A stretch of 60,165 nucleotides of DNA from Ignavibacteriales bacterium. Lineage in GTDB: Bacteria > Bacteroidota > Ignavibacteria > UBA10030. The notes below the pieces were generated by a model. The model worked only from the letters and a program-made list of their open reading frames with translations. It ran no database searches and was not told the origin of the DNA. A program made the translations under genes and the position numbers. Numbering within the stretch: the first letter of the stretch is position 1; every line of letters starts with the position of its first letter. The stretch spans positions 1 to 60,165 of the forward strand of contig JACQBK010000051.1 in assembly GCA_016194505.1 (NCBI GenBank), read 5' to 3'. Positions 10,440-17,996 of this stretch are shown piece by piece.

Positions 10440-10530
10440 TACCTGCCGAAGGTGAACCTTGTCCGCCTTCCAGCCTGCTGGTCCCGTTTTTCGGGATCCC
10501 GTACAAGCGGGACAGGCATGGTGGCGGAAA
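10440..10530. repeat. REP-like GC-rich hairpin cluster in the tamB / heptose-gene intergenic region
   Basis: It contains GGTCCCGTTTTTCGGGATCCCGTACAAGCGGGACAGGCA (10480-10518), which recurs almost identically at 12444-12481. This unit is nested within a TCCGCC...GGCGGA outer stem related to the repeats at 56557-56589 and 58722-58751. Confidence 0.7.
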
Positions 10531-10584
10531 CTTTCGGAAGGTCTCTCAACATTGATGATGTAGTGAAGAATCCGCAGGGTATCG

Positions 10585-11073
10585 TTACAGACAAGTTGCT
10601 GCGGTTTGAATAATCTTTTTGATAATGTTGCTCGTTGAGCGATTGGGAAGGAATTCGATGGCGTGCACCGATCCGCCTGCAGCTTCGACAATATCCTTTC
10701 CAACAATATCATGCACGGACCAATCCGCTCCTTTGACGAGGATATCGGGCACTATCGCTTGGATCAGTTCATAAGGCGTATCTTCGCTAAACAAGCAAAC
10801 GAAATCAACAACAGCTAATGCCGCGAGCACAGCGGCTCTATCGTCCTGCTCAATAATGGGTCGGGCAGAGCCTTTGAGACGACGGACAGAATTATCGTCG
10901 TTGATGCCGACAACAAGAACATCTCCCAGCGCTTTCGCCTTCGTTAAATAATCAATATGGCCCCGATGAAGAATATCAAAACAGCCATTCGTAAACACAA
11001 CTCGCCTTTTTTCCTTCTTCAACTCCGAACGAATGTTCACCAAGTCAGCGCGAGAAACGACCTTGCCCATCAA
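10585..11073 (-). CDS. hldC: D-glycero-beta-D-manno-heptose-1-phosphate adenylyltransferase (RfaE domain II type cytidylyltransferase)
   Basis: The 162-aa product carries the motif VVFTNGCFDILHRGHIDYL, the HxGH nucleotidyltransferase signature. An ATGA start/stop overlap links it to the upstream kinase gene. Confidence 0.85.
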   Translation of the reverse strand: MMGKVVSRADLVNIRSELKKEKRRVVFTNGCFDILHRGHIDYLTKAKALGDVLVVGINDDNSVRRLKGSARPIIEQDDRAAVLAALAVVDFVCLFSEDTPYELIQAIVPDILVKGADWSVHDIVGKDIVEAAGGSVHAIEFLPNRSTSNIIKKIIQTAATCL

Positions 11074-12023
11074 GTCCCCCGCTCGTGGTTTGCGCTCTCA
11101 AGAACGGCATCGTGCAGGGCTTTCGTATCAATAGGAACAATGCCTACTTCACCACAGACGATGCCACCTGCAAAATTTGCAAGCGACGAAGCCTCGCGCA
11201 CGGACGCACCTGCCGCTAACGCTACTGTCAGAGTGGAAATCACCGTATCCCCGGCGCCAGAGACATCAGCCACGTTGCGAGCCATCGTTGCAACGTGTGT
11301 CGTCCCGCCTGATCGCTCAAAGAGCGACATGCCCTTTTCGCCTAATGTTAAAAGAATATTTTCGGCTTCAAGCCGTTGCACCAATGTACGACCCGCCTGC
11401 TCTATGCTCTGCCGATCGTTGAGACGGCAACTGAGAGCTTCTTCCGTTTCTTTCCTGTTGGGTTTGAAAACCGTTACGTTTTTGTACTCGAAAAAATTAT
11501 TAAACTTCGGATCAACTGTTACAATCTTAGATTTTGACGTTGTAAGATGAATAAGCTCTCCTATCAAGCTCTTGACAATGACGCCGTCAAGAATTTTTTG
11601 TTGAATCGGCTCGCTCACATCGTTCTTGACTTCGCGATCAACGCGCACAACATGCTGATGGTGGGCGATGACGCGTGTTTTTACCGTTGTGGGCCTCGAA
11701 TCATCTACCACAACGCCTTCCGTCGAGAATCCCTGTTCGCTAATAAGCGAGCGGAGCGCCTTGCCTGAGTCATCATTCCCGACGACACCGATCATCAATG
11801 GAATGCCGCCGAGTGAAGCGATGTTGTTTGCAACGTTTGCCGCGCCGCCTAATCTCGTGGATTCCGATTCCACTTCAACAATGGGAACGGGGGCTTCCGG
11901 CGAAATGCGCGCAACGGATCCCCAGAAGTAGCGATCCATCATGAGATCGCCCACAACGGCGATGCGTTTTCCTTTAAAAGCGTCAAAAAGCGACTGGAGT
12001 CGCCCAGAGGAGAAAGTAACCAA
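11070..12023 (-). CDS. hldA: D-glycero-beta-D-manno-heptose-7-phosphate kinase (RfaE domain I, PfkB family)
   Basis: The 317-aa product has PfkB carbohydrate-kinase motifs (GGAANVA; DVSGAGDTVISTL) and is translationally coupled to hldC. The start codon appears non-ATG. Confidence 0.8.
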   Translation of the reverse strand: MVTFSSGRLQSLFDAFKGKRIAVVGDLMMDRYFWGSVARISPEAPVPIVEVESESTRLGGAANVANNIASLGGIPLMIGVVGNDDSGKALRSLISEQGFSTEGVVVDDSRPTTVKTRVIAHHQHVVRVDREVKNDVSEPIQQKILDGVIVKSLIGELIHLTTSKSKIVTVDPKFNNFFEYKNVTVFKPNRKETEEALSCRLNDRQSIEQAGRTLVQRLEAENILLTLGEKGMSLFERSGGTTHVATMARNVADVSGAGDTVISTLTVALAAGASVREASSLANFAGGIVCGEVGIVPIDTKALHDAVLESANHERGT

Positions 12024-12216
12024 AACTGTGCCTAATTTGATTGAGGATTTCTATCAATATAGACAGAAAACGCTCGACAAGCAAGGTAAGTTGAAGAGGC
12101 AAAAGGACATAGACGGATAGAAAACTATGCAATCGGGGGCGGGTTTATTGGGGAAGGCATTCAATAGGACGCCTGCCCGCCCGACGGCAGGCGGGCTAAA
12201 ACAGCGTACGCCATGC

Positions 12217-12253
12217 TCTTTGGCGCAACTTGCCCCGTTTGACGGGGTTCGCC
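12217..12253. repeat. REP-like hairpin repeat (family B)
   Basis: CTTTGGCGCAACTTGCCCCGTTTGACGGGGTTCGCC recurs in inverted orientation at 56585-56619 with 3 mismatches. It contains the hairpin CCCCGT-TTG-ACGGGG. Confidence 0.7.
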
Positions 12254-12384
12254 TCTGGCAGAGAAGAAGCGCGGATAAAAATTTTAAATGTTTCAATCGG
12301 TATTTATCGTGTTTTTTTAGCTTCTTCCGCGTCCCATTTCTTTGATAATCCTGCACCTTCTTCGTATATTAGGACTAGTTCACT

Positions 12385-12530
12385 GCCCGGATGGCGAAAT
12401 TGTCCCGAAGGGACGCCTTCGGCGGCAGACCTACCTGCCGGTAGGTCCCGTTTTTCGGGATCCCGTACAGCGGGACAGGCAATTGCGCTGGCTTCAGGAG
12501 TTCGTACTTCAGCAAGGTCACAGATTTTTA
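12385..12530 (+). pseudogene. Decayed tRNA-Leu copy interrupted by GC-rich hairpin insertions
   Basis: Three blocks match the intact tRNA-Leu 200 bp downstream: 12385-12402 (GCCCGGATGGCGAAATTG), 12424-12430 (GGCAGAC) and 12485-12500 (GCGCTGGCTTCAGGAG). They are separated by a 21-nt insert (hairpin CCGAAGG-GACG-CCTTCGG) and a ~54-nt insert of three hairpins. The 3' part has diverged. Confidence 0.7.
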
Positions 12531-12586
12531 AATACTATGTCGGTCGTGAGACGCAGAGATTAGCATATCGTTATATAAAATATTTT

Positions 12587-12670
12587 GCCCGGATGGCGAA
12601 ACTGGCAGACGCGCTAGCTTCAGGAGCTAGTGGCCGCAAGGTCGTGCAGGTTCAAGTCCTGTTCCGGGCA
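12587..12670 (+). tRNA. tRNA-Leu (anticodon CAG), class II with long variable arm
   Basis: The sequence folds by hand into a cloverleaf. The acceptor stem is GCCCGGA/TCCGGGC with discriminator A, and the D arm is GCG..CGC. The anticodon stem is CTAGC/GCTAG with loop TTCAGGA. The variable arm is TGGCCGCAAGGTCGT and the T arm is GCAGG-TTCAAGT-CCTGT. No CCA is encoded. Confidence 0.9.
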
Positions 12671-12753
12671 CTCATTTGTTGCTGAAAATAATTTGGCACG
12701 CGGACGCGTCTGCCTGCCAAGGGCATGGCTTTGCCATTCGGTGGGTAAACTAT

Positions 12754-12831
12754 CTTCAGGAGCTAGTGGCCGCAAGGTCGTGCAGGTTCAAGTCCTACCT
12801 GTCCCGACGCTTCTTGTCGGGATTCCGGACA
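12754..12831 (+). pseudogene. Partial 3'-half copy of tRNA-Leu carrying a hairpin insertion
   Basis: 12754-12796 is 43/43 identical to 12618-12660 of the intact tRNA (anticodon loop through T loop). A GTCCCGAC-GCTTCTT-GTCGGGAT hairpin follows, then TTCCGGACA, which resembles the tRNA 3' end. No matching 5' half is present. Confidence 0.75.
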
Positions 12832-13056
12832 CTTACCTAGTAAACACTCCAACAGCAACGTACCAGCCCTGACATCGACGCAATCTTTGAGAGACAACGG
12901 ATTGTTTATAGGCAGAGATAGCAAGGGAACTTGCCGTGCCTCTGACTTATAAACATTTAAAAAAACGCCCTGCGAAGGGCGAGACATCTACCCACCTAAA
13001 CAACCGGATCAATGTAATGACCCATTAATTCCCAGCTATGTGAAATTGTTTAAAAA

Positions 13057-13578
13057 ATGAGGTGTCTTATGGAAGAACGGCCTGCCGCGTTTCTCAATAA
13101 CCTGTATGAAGAGAAATTGAAACACAAAGAACATCGCATGAATTATGTGGTGAAAAAATTTCTCTTTACCATCGGTCTTTTTGGCCTCGGTTCTAGCCAG
13201 ATCCCAACTATCAACTTAAGCCCCCTCCTTTATCTCATACCCTTTGTGGCGCTTGCCTGCGATTTATATATATTTGCGGAAGATTTTAAGGTTAAACGAA
13301 TCGGAATGTTTGTACAAAAGCATTGTTTATTTTCCTGTCCTGACGAGAAAAATTGGGAGATACTGGTTAATGAATATCGAGAGCCGTTGGCAGTTTTCGC
13401 ATCGCTCGTTCTTTCTTTAATCGTTCTTTTAGCTTCTGCCTTTGCTGTTCTTAAAACTATTTCTGATCTAAGGGTTTTTATTATCTGGTGTCTATTAAGC
13501 GTCTTGGCAACTGCCTACAGTTTTTATTATGGGTGGGCCACAAAAAAGAAACTAAAGCAACCTTTTCAGATAAACTAA
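13057..13578 (+). CDS. Hypothetical 4-TM membrane protein (orphan, AT-rich)
   Basis: The 173-aa ORF is the only plus-strand protein ORF of any length in the first 58 kb that does not overlap a minus-strand gene. It has four hydrophobic segments and a Cys-containing loop (KHCLFSCPDEKNW). A weak hairpin plus T6 lies at 13594-13619. I recognise no family. Confidence 0.5.
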   Translation: MRCLMEERPAAFLNNLYEEKLKHKEHRMNYVVKKFLFTIGLFGLGSSQIPTINLSPLLYLIPFVALACDLYIFAEDFKVKRIGMFVQKHCLFSCPDEKNWEILVNEYREPLAVFASLVLSLIVLLASAFAVLKTISDLRVFIIWCLLSVLATAYSFYYGWATKKKLKQPFQIN

Positions 13579-13788
13579 AAACGACACTGAGCGGCAAAAA
13601 CTCCGATCTTTGCTTTTTTGATTAAATTAATTGTAACGGATTCTAAGGGAAGAAATGCGTGTCATGAGGGGACGGGAATTGCAAAACAAACTGGCGCTGG
13701 TAAAGTGACACAACGAGGTTTAAATTTTTCCCTCTGTGTTGCTCTGTGTCTTCTCGGTGCGCTCTGTGAAATGCTTTTCAGTGTCTTA

Positions 13789-15990
13789 TTAGTTTTTCAA
13801 AACCCCACTCGTTGAGGGCACAGCTTTCTCCAACGCTTCCAGCACCATGCTGGTCGTAATAAGCTCAGGAAGCACGATCGGCTCGTTGGGCTTGCCGGCT
13901 GGAAAAATTACATACAGCGGCACACCTGAGCGTCCGAACTTGGCGAGGAGTTTTGTAATATCGGGATTGCGGTTCGTCCAATCCGCGCGGATCGTAACAA
14001 TGCCGCCCGATTTAAGCTTATCTATAATTCTCTGATCGCTTAGGACGGTTTTTTCGTTCACCTTGCACGTTAAGCACCACTCCGCTGTAAAATCCACAAA
14101 CACCGTCTTGTTGCTCTTCAGATGCGACTCCAACGATGCTAACGAAAACGGCTGCCACGGTATTTTCGAGTCATCAGCTTGCGACACCTCCGATGAGGGA
14201 CCTACTCCGGCGATAACATTACGCACGTCAAGCATTTTTTCTAAAAACACCCAATATCCCAACACAACCACTGCAAGTGCAACAATCCATGTCGTTATCA
14301 CGCCTCTCCTCGAAGCGGTGAGCGTCGCATAGCGGCCGATAAGCCAGCACGCAACTCCGACCGCAAGCAAAAATGCGCCCGTCCAGATGACCGCTTCCAT
14401 CCCTAATTGCTTGCCGAGCACATACAAGAGCCACAGGAGCGTTGCCATCATCAGAAAGCCCATGAACTGCTTGGCGTTCTCCATCCACGTGCCGGGCTTG
14501 GGCAAAAACTTCATCCATGCGGGCTTTGAGGTGAGTAAGAGATAGGGCAACGCCATACCGAACGCGACGAAGAAAAATATCAACAGAATAATCCACGCAG
14601 GCTGGGAGAATGCGAAGCCCAAGGCTGTCCCAAGAAACGGCGCGGTGCAGGGCGTTGCGAGGATCGTTGCAAAGATGCCTTCGGAGAATGACGAGAGATA
14701 GCCCTTGCCGCGTTGCTGTGCAACTGCCCCACTGATGCTTTCCACTGCGGCGCCCGGCAGACGGATTTCATACACGCCGAACAAACTCAAGCCAAATGCA
14801 AAAACAATCAGGCTCATGAAAATCACAAACATCGGCTCCTGAAACTGAAAGCCCCACCCAACCTGCTGACCCGCCAATTGCAAAACGATAACGAGCAAAG
14901 CTAATACTAAAAATGAGGCTACAATTCCTAACGAGAAAAACCAGCCTAATTTTTTAACCTGTTTCGGATTGTCACCTGCCATGCGGACAATTCCGAAGAT
15001 TTTTAAGGCAATAACGGGAAGAACGCACGGCATGATATTCAATAATAATCCGCCGATAACGGCAAAAATGAGATACAAGAATAACGATTGCTCTCCTCCG
15101 CCTTGTTGCGTTGTTGTAAATGTTTGATCGAGCAATCCGCCCGATGCTTTGCCGCCTGAAACTGCATTGGAAGGCAATTTCGTCTCGTATGCAACAGCTT
15201 GTTGTTTGCCCCCTTCAAACTGATAAACGATCAGTCCGCGGAATGTTAATTCTTTCGCAACCGTTTGGTCTGAGCTTAAAGGAATTTTCAGGCGTGATGA
15301 AGCGAGCGTTGCCTGTGTGCGTCCGATGGTGACATTCTCTAACGATTCGGGATAAAAATCTATCGAAGCAAATTTATTCGATCTGGAAGGCGTAAGATGA
15401 AACTCGACCGCGCCTTTTTCCGTTTTTGTCTCGACAGTAAATCCGGCTGAAGGCGTCCATTGTGGCGGAATGCTTTGACGATACTTTTTAAACAGATCGG
15501 CATGCGATGATGTAGGCGTTTCTTGTTTGACAGGCAAGGTAAGTTCGGCTTTGCCGCTTCCGGGGATACAGCTTGTTTCGCATTCGAGCCAGCTTGCTTC
15601 TACTTTTAAAGTAACGCGCGAGCCAAGTGCAACGTTGGGGGCAACATTGACATTCACCAAGAGCATGTTCTCGTCGCTGTAACTGTAACTGAGAATATCG
15701 CCGCTATCAAGATGTTTTTCCGGCAGGGGCCATTGGATTTCATCAACGGTAACACCATCGGGGAGAGTCCACTTTAATTCGGTGGGGAGACCGGCATCGC
15801 CGCCATTTATCCAATACGTATGCCAGCCTTTATCCATCGTCATGAGCAAACCGACGGTAAAGTGCGAGCCAGGTTGAATGCTTGCAACATTAGCGATTAA
15901 GCGGATTTTCGTGTGCGGCTTGAACTGCGCGTACGATGATGCGTTGGTTACAAACAAGAGAAAAACTAAAGACCACAATTTTATTTTCAT
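13789..15990 (-). CDS. dsbD: Thiol:disulfide interchange protein DsbD (protein-disulfide reductase)
   Basis: The 733-aa product has a signal peptide and an N-terminal periplasmic domain. The central multi-TM domain carries the conserved Cys motifs (MPCVLPVIALK and TPCTAPFLG). The C-terminal domain is thioredoxin-like with WCLTCK (CxxC). Confidence 0.85.
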   Translation of the reverse strand: MKIKLWSLVFLLFVTNASSYAQFKPHTKIRLIANVASIQPGSHFTVGLLMTMDKGWHTYWINGGDAGLPTELKWTLPDGVTVDEIQWPLPEKHLDSGDILSYSYSDENMLLVNVNVAPNVALGSRVTLKVEASWLECETSCIPGSGKAELTLPVKQETPTSSHADLFKKYRQSIPPQWTPSAGFTVETKTEKGAVEFHLTPSRSNKFASIDFYPESLENVTIGRTQATLASSRLKIPLSSDQTVAKELTFRGLIVYQFEGGKQQAVAYETKLPSNAVSGGKASGGLLDQTFTTTQQGGGEQSLFLYLIFAVIGGLLLNIMPCVLPVIALKIFGIVRMAGDNPKQVKKLGWFFSLGIVASFLVLALLVIVLQLAGQQVGWGFQFQEPMFVIFMSLIVFAFGLSLFGVYEIRLPGAAVESISGAVAQQRGKGYLSSFSEGIFATILATPCTAPFLGTALGFAFSQPAWIILLIFFFVAFGMALPYLLLTSKPAWMKFLPKPGTWMENAKQFMGFLMMATLLWLLYVLGKQLGMEAVIWTGAFLLAVGVACWLIGRYATLTASRRGVITTWIVALAVVVLGYWVFLEKMLDVRNVIAGVGPSSEVSQADDSKIPWQPFSLASLESHLKSNKTVFVDFTAEWCLTCKVNEKTVLSDQRIIDKLKSGGIVTIRADWTNRNPDITKLLAKFGRSGVPLYVIFPAGKPNEPIVLPELITTSMVLEALEKAVPSTSGVLKN

Positions 15991-16254
15991 GAGAGAGAGC
16001 CTTCTTAACGCAAGTAGAGCGAAATGTCATTTCGCTCTACACAATTGAACATAAAAACGTCCGATACCAGTTATTAAACAACTTTTTGGTGAAAACAGTT
16101 GCATTACATGTACTTTGATGCTTTGAACATGAGAACGGTTGCAAAAATTTCAGCAGGTAAGTTATTGAAAAGGCTGGTGAATCTCAACAGTCGTTGCATT
16201 TGTTCCGTTGGCGTCCCGATACATCGGGACGCCTTACAACAAAGCCAAAAAACA

Positions 16255-17880
16255 TTACCTCATCAGCAACATCTTTTTTGTTATGCTAAAGCCCGCATAG
16301 AGCATACGGTAAAAGTACGTTCCCGACGCTTTATTGCCGGTCTTCCAAACCGCAAGATGATGACCTGCAGGCATATAAGTATCTACAAGGACATCAACAA
16401 CCCGCCCTGTCACATCAAAAATTTCGATGCGCACGTTTCCGTTTCTGGGAACTGTAAACTCAATCGAGGTGGTTGGATTAAATGGATTAGGATAATTTTG
16501 AGATAACACAAATGCATCCGGAACATGTTCCTTCCCTCTCTCGACACTAACAAGCACCTTACTGTAATCAAACGGCTCATTTACCAAATGCCAGTAATCC
16601 TCAGTTTGACCGTTGTAATCGCGTGGGAGATAAGAAGTTTTCAAAGAAGCACGGGGAAAATTCTCCAACGAAGTTAGGACAGCGCTACCGTCGGCTTTCC
16701 ATTCGTACAGCGGGATGTCCTTTGGATTCAAATACTTTGATAATCCTCGTTCTAATGCCATGTGGAACAACCCGAAATTGCCCGGTTCATGTCCGCCTAA
16801 CCACGCACCTACAATATCAACGTAAAAAGCATGTTTACCGAAGATGAGGATGTTCGTCATATAATCATTGGCAAGGCCATTGTTGGGACCGGCAACGAAG
16901 TGACCGTCGCGACCGTACACTCCTTCTATAATATTGATAAGCGGCTTGGTGACGGAATTATGATCCAGGCAACGTGTTACCCATGTTTCCTGCCAAATGC
17001 CGCCATCATCCCCGGGTCTATCCCAGCGAGGGATGCCTATAGTTTTGTGATGCTCGTAATTCTGACGAATGGTCGCATCGGCATTCGCACCGATATGTTC
17101 GGGGCGCATATCCATATTGGCTTCATTACCTAACACGGTGCAGTGGCGGACGTAATTCGCCGCTATGGTGCCCTGAATATTTTTTGCGCAGAGCGTCATC
17201 CCCATGGCATGGGTCTTGAATTTTCCAACATTGATGAGAACAGAACCGGACGTGTTGACGGGCCAAAGGGAAGGAATTTTTTTGAACCACACGCCGCCGG
17301 GCACATCTACCCACTGAAGATCACTTTCGCTAATCACGCCGACTTTTGCGCTCACATCTTTAAAATCAATGCCCGTTCTCTTTGCCATATCTACATAACC
17401 GCCGTCCGTTAAATCTGAAACGGCATAATTTGCTTCACGGATATAAAACTGATTGCTCGTTGGACCAAGTTCTTTCAAGCTCTCAATCATTCCTTCGACA
17501 AAATTGCAATCGGTTTGAACGCCCATGGTTCCTTCGACCGTATAGCGGGTATCCCATTGGCCACGGAGGGTAAGGTTTGGCTTGATGACAATGTTGCTCG
17601 TGATGGGAAACGCTCCGGCTGCGGTTTCTTTTGAAACAAAGATATTTTTTGTCAGAAGGGCGCCGGCGGATTTGATCGCAGCAGCATTCGTCTTCACATC
17701 CACATTCGTCCGCATGATAAACACAGCATCGGGATTGTTTTCAATGAATGAGTTCAGACCGAAATATGGAGACGAATGGACTTTGTGCCTGCCGAAAATA
17801 CTTGAGGGGTTGATGATGATCGCGGTTCCTGCAAGAGAAGCCGCTTTGAGAAAGGCTCTTCGTGAGACCGGTGATAGCAT
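16255..17880 (-). CDS. DUF362-like protein with a twin-arginine signal and a T9SS C-terminal sorting domain
   Basis: The 541-aa product has a canonical TAT motif, SRRAFLKAASLAG. It has DUF362-like motifs (IKPNL; KFKTHAMGMTLCAKNIQG). The C-terminal ~80 aa match the Por/T9SS CTD pattern (NYPNPFNPTTSIEFTVPRNGNVRIEIFDVTGRVV...GTYFYRM). Confidence 0.7.
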   Translation of the reverse strand: MLSPVSRRAFLKAASLAGTAIIINPSSIFGRHKVHSSPYFGLNSFIENNPDAVFIMRTNVDVKTNAAAIKSAGALLTKNIFVSKETAAGAFPITSNIVIKPNLTLRGQWDTRYTVEGTMGVQTDCNFVEGMIESLKELGPTSNQFYIREANYAVSDLTDGGYVDMAKRTGIDFKDVSAKVGVISESDLQWVDVPGGVWFKKIPSLWPVNTSGSVLINVGKFKTHAMGMTLCAKNIQGTIAANYVRHCTVLGNEANMDMRPEHIGANADATIRQNYEHHKTIGIPRWDRPGDDGGIWQETWVTRCLDHNSVTKPLINIIEGVYGRDGHFVAGPNNGLANDYMTNILIFGKHAFYVDIVGAWLGGHEPGNFGLFHMALERGLSKYLNPKDIPLYEWKADGSAVLTSLENFPRASLKTSYLPRDYNGQTEDYWHLVNEPFDYSKVLVSVERGKEHVPDAFVLSQNYPNPFNPTTSIEFTVPRNGNVRIEIFDVTGRVVDVLVDTYMPAGHHLAVWKTGNKASGTYFYRMLYAGFSITKKMLLMR

Positions 17881-17996
17881 GGCGCGCTCCCTGTAGTGCT
17901 ACATACCTTAGCTTCGTAATTGAGTTGAAAGAACAATCTGCCTAAAGTTCATTTTATTTTATGAAATTGTCAAGTCGAAACAACGCTATGCCCCTT

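Noticed and set aside
12403-12484. Possible intron (group I or archaeal-type) in a tRNA-Leu gene
   Set aside because: The inserts are only 21 and ~54 nt. They lie in the D loop and the D/anticodon junction rather than the anticodon loop. The 3' half of this copy has diverged, so no functional tRNA could be restored by splicing. An intact tRNA-Leu lies 200 bp away.
10440-12830. Possible CRISPR array, suggested by recurring GC-rich palindromic repeats
   Set aside because: The repeats are of several different families, irregularly spaced and in mixed orientation. They are scattered across distant intergenic regions. There is no repeat-spacer periodicity and no cas genes are present.
12054-12987. 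Several 70-150-aa ORFs on both strands across the tRNA-Leu region (for example 12230..12685 and 12054..12356)
   Set aside because: They overlap the tRNA gene, its decayed copies and GC-rich hairpin repeats. The Cys/Arg/Gly/Pro-rich translations are the signature of palindromic repeats, not proteins.
13725-13775. A triple CTCTGTG motif just downstream of dsbD
   Set aside because: It is short and imperfect (CTCTGTG-ttg-CTCTGTG-...-CTCTGTG), has no second copy in the window and forms no clear structure. The evidence is insufficient to call it a repeat element or regulatory site.
12587-13788. An intact genomic island or prophage integrated at tRNA-Leu
   Set aside because: The direct repeat of the tRNA 3' part is present. 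However, no integrase, excisionase or phage-like ORF exists between or beyond the repeats. Only a single orphan membrane ORF follows. At most this is a degraded remnant.
16011-16234. Hairpins GTAGAGCGAAATG-tc-ATTTCGCTCTAC and GGCGTCCCGAT-aca-TCGGGACGCC between the DUF362 gene and dsbD, considered as terminators
   Set aside because: Both are strong stems, but neither is followed by a U-tract on the transcribed (minus) strand. They may be REP-like units or attenuators, so I left them uncalled as features.
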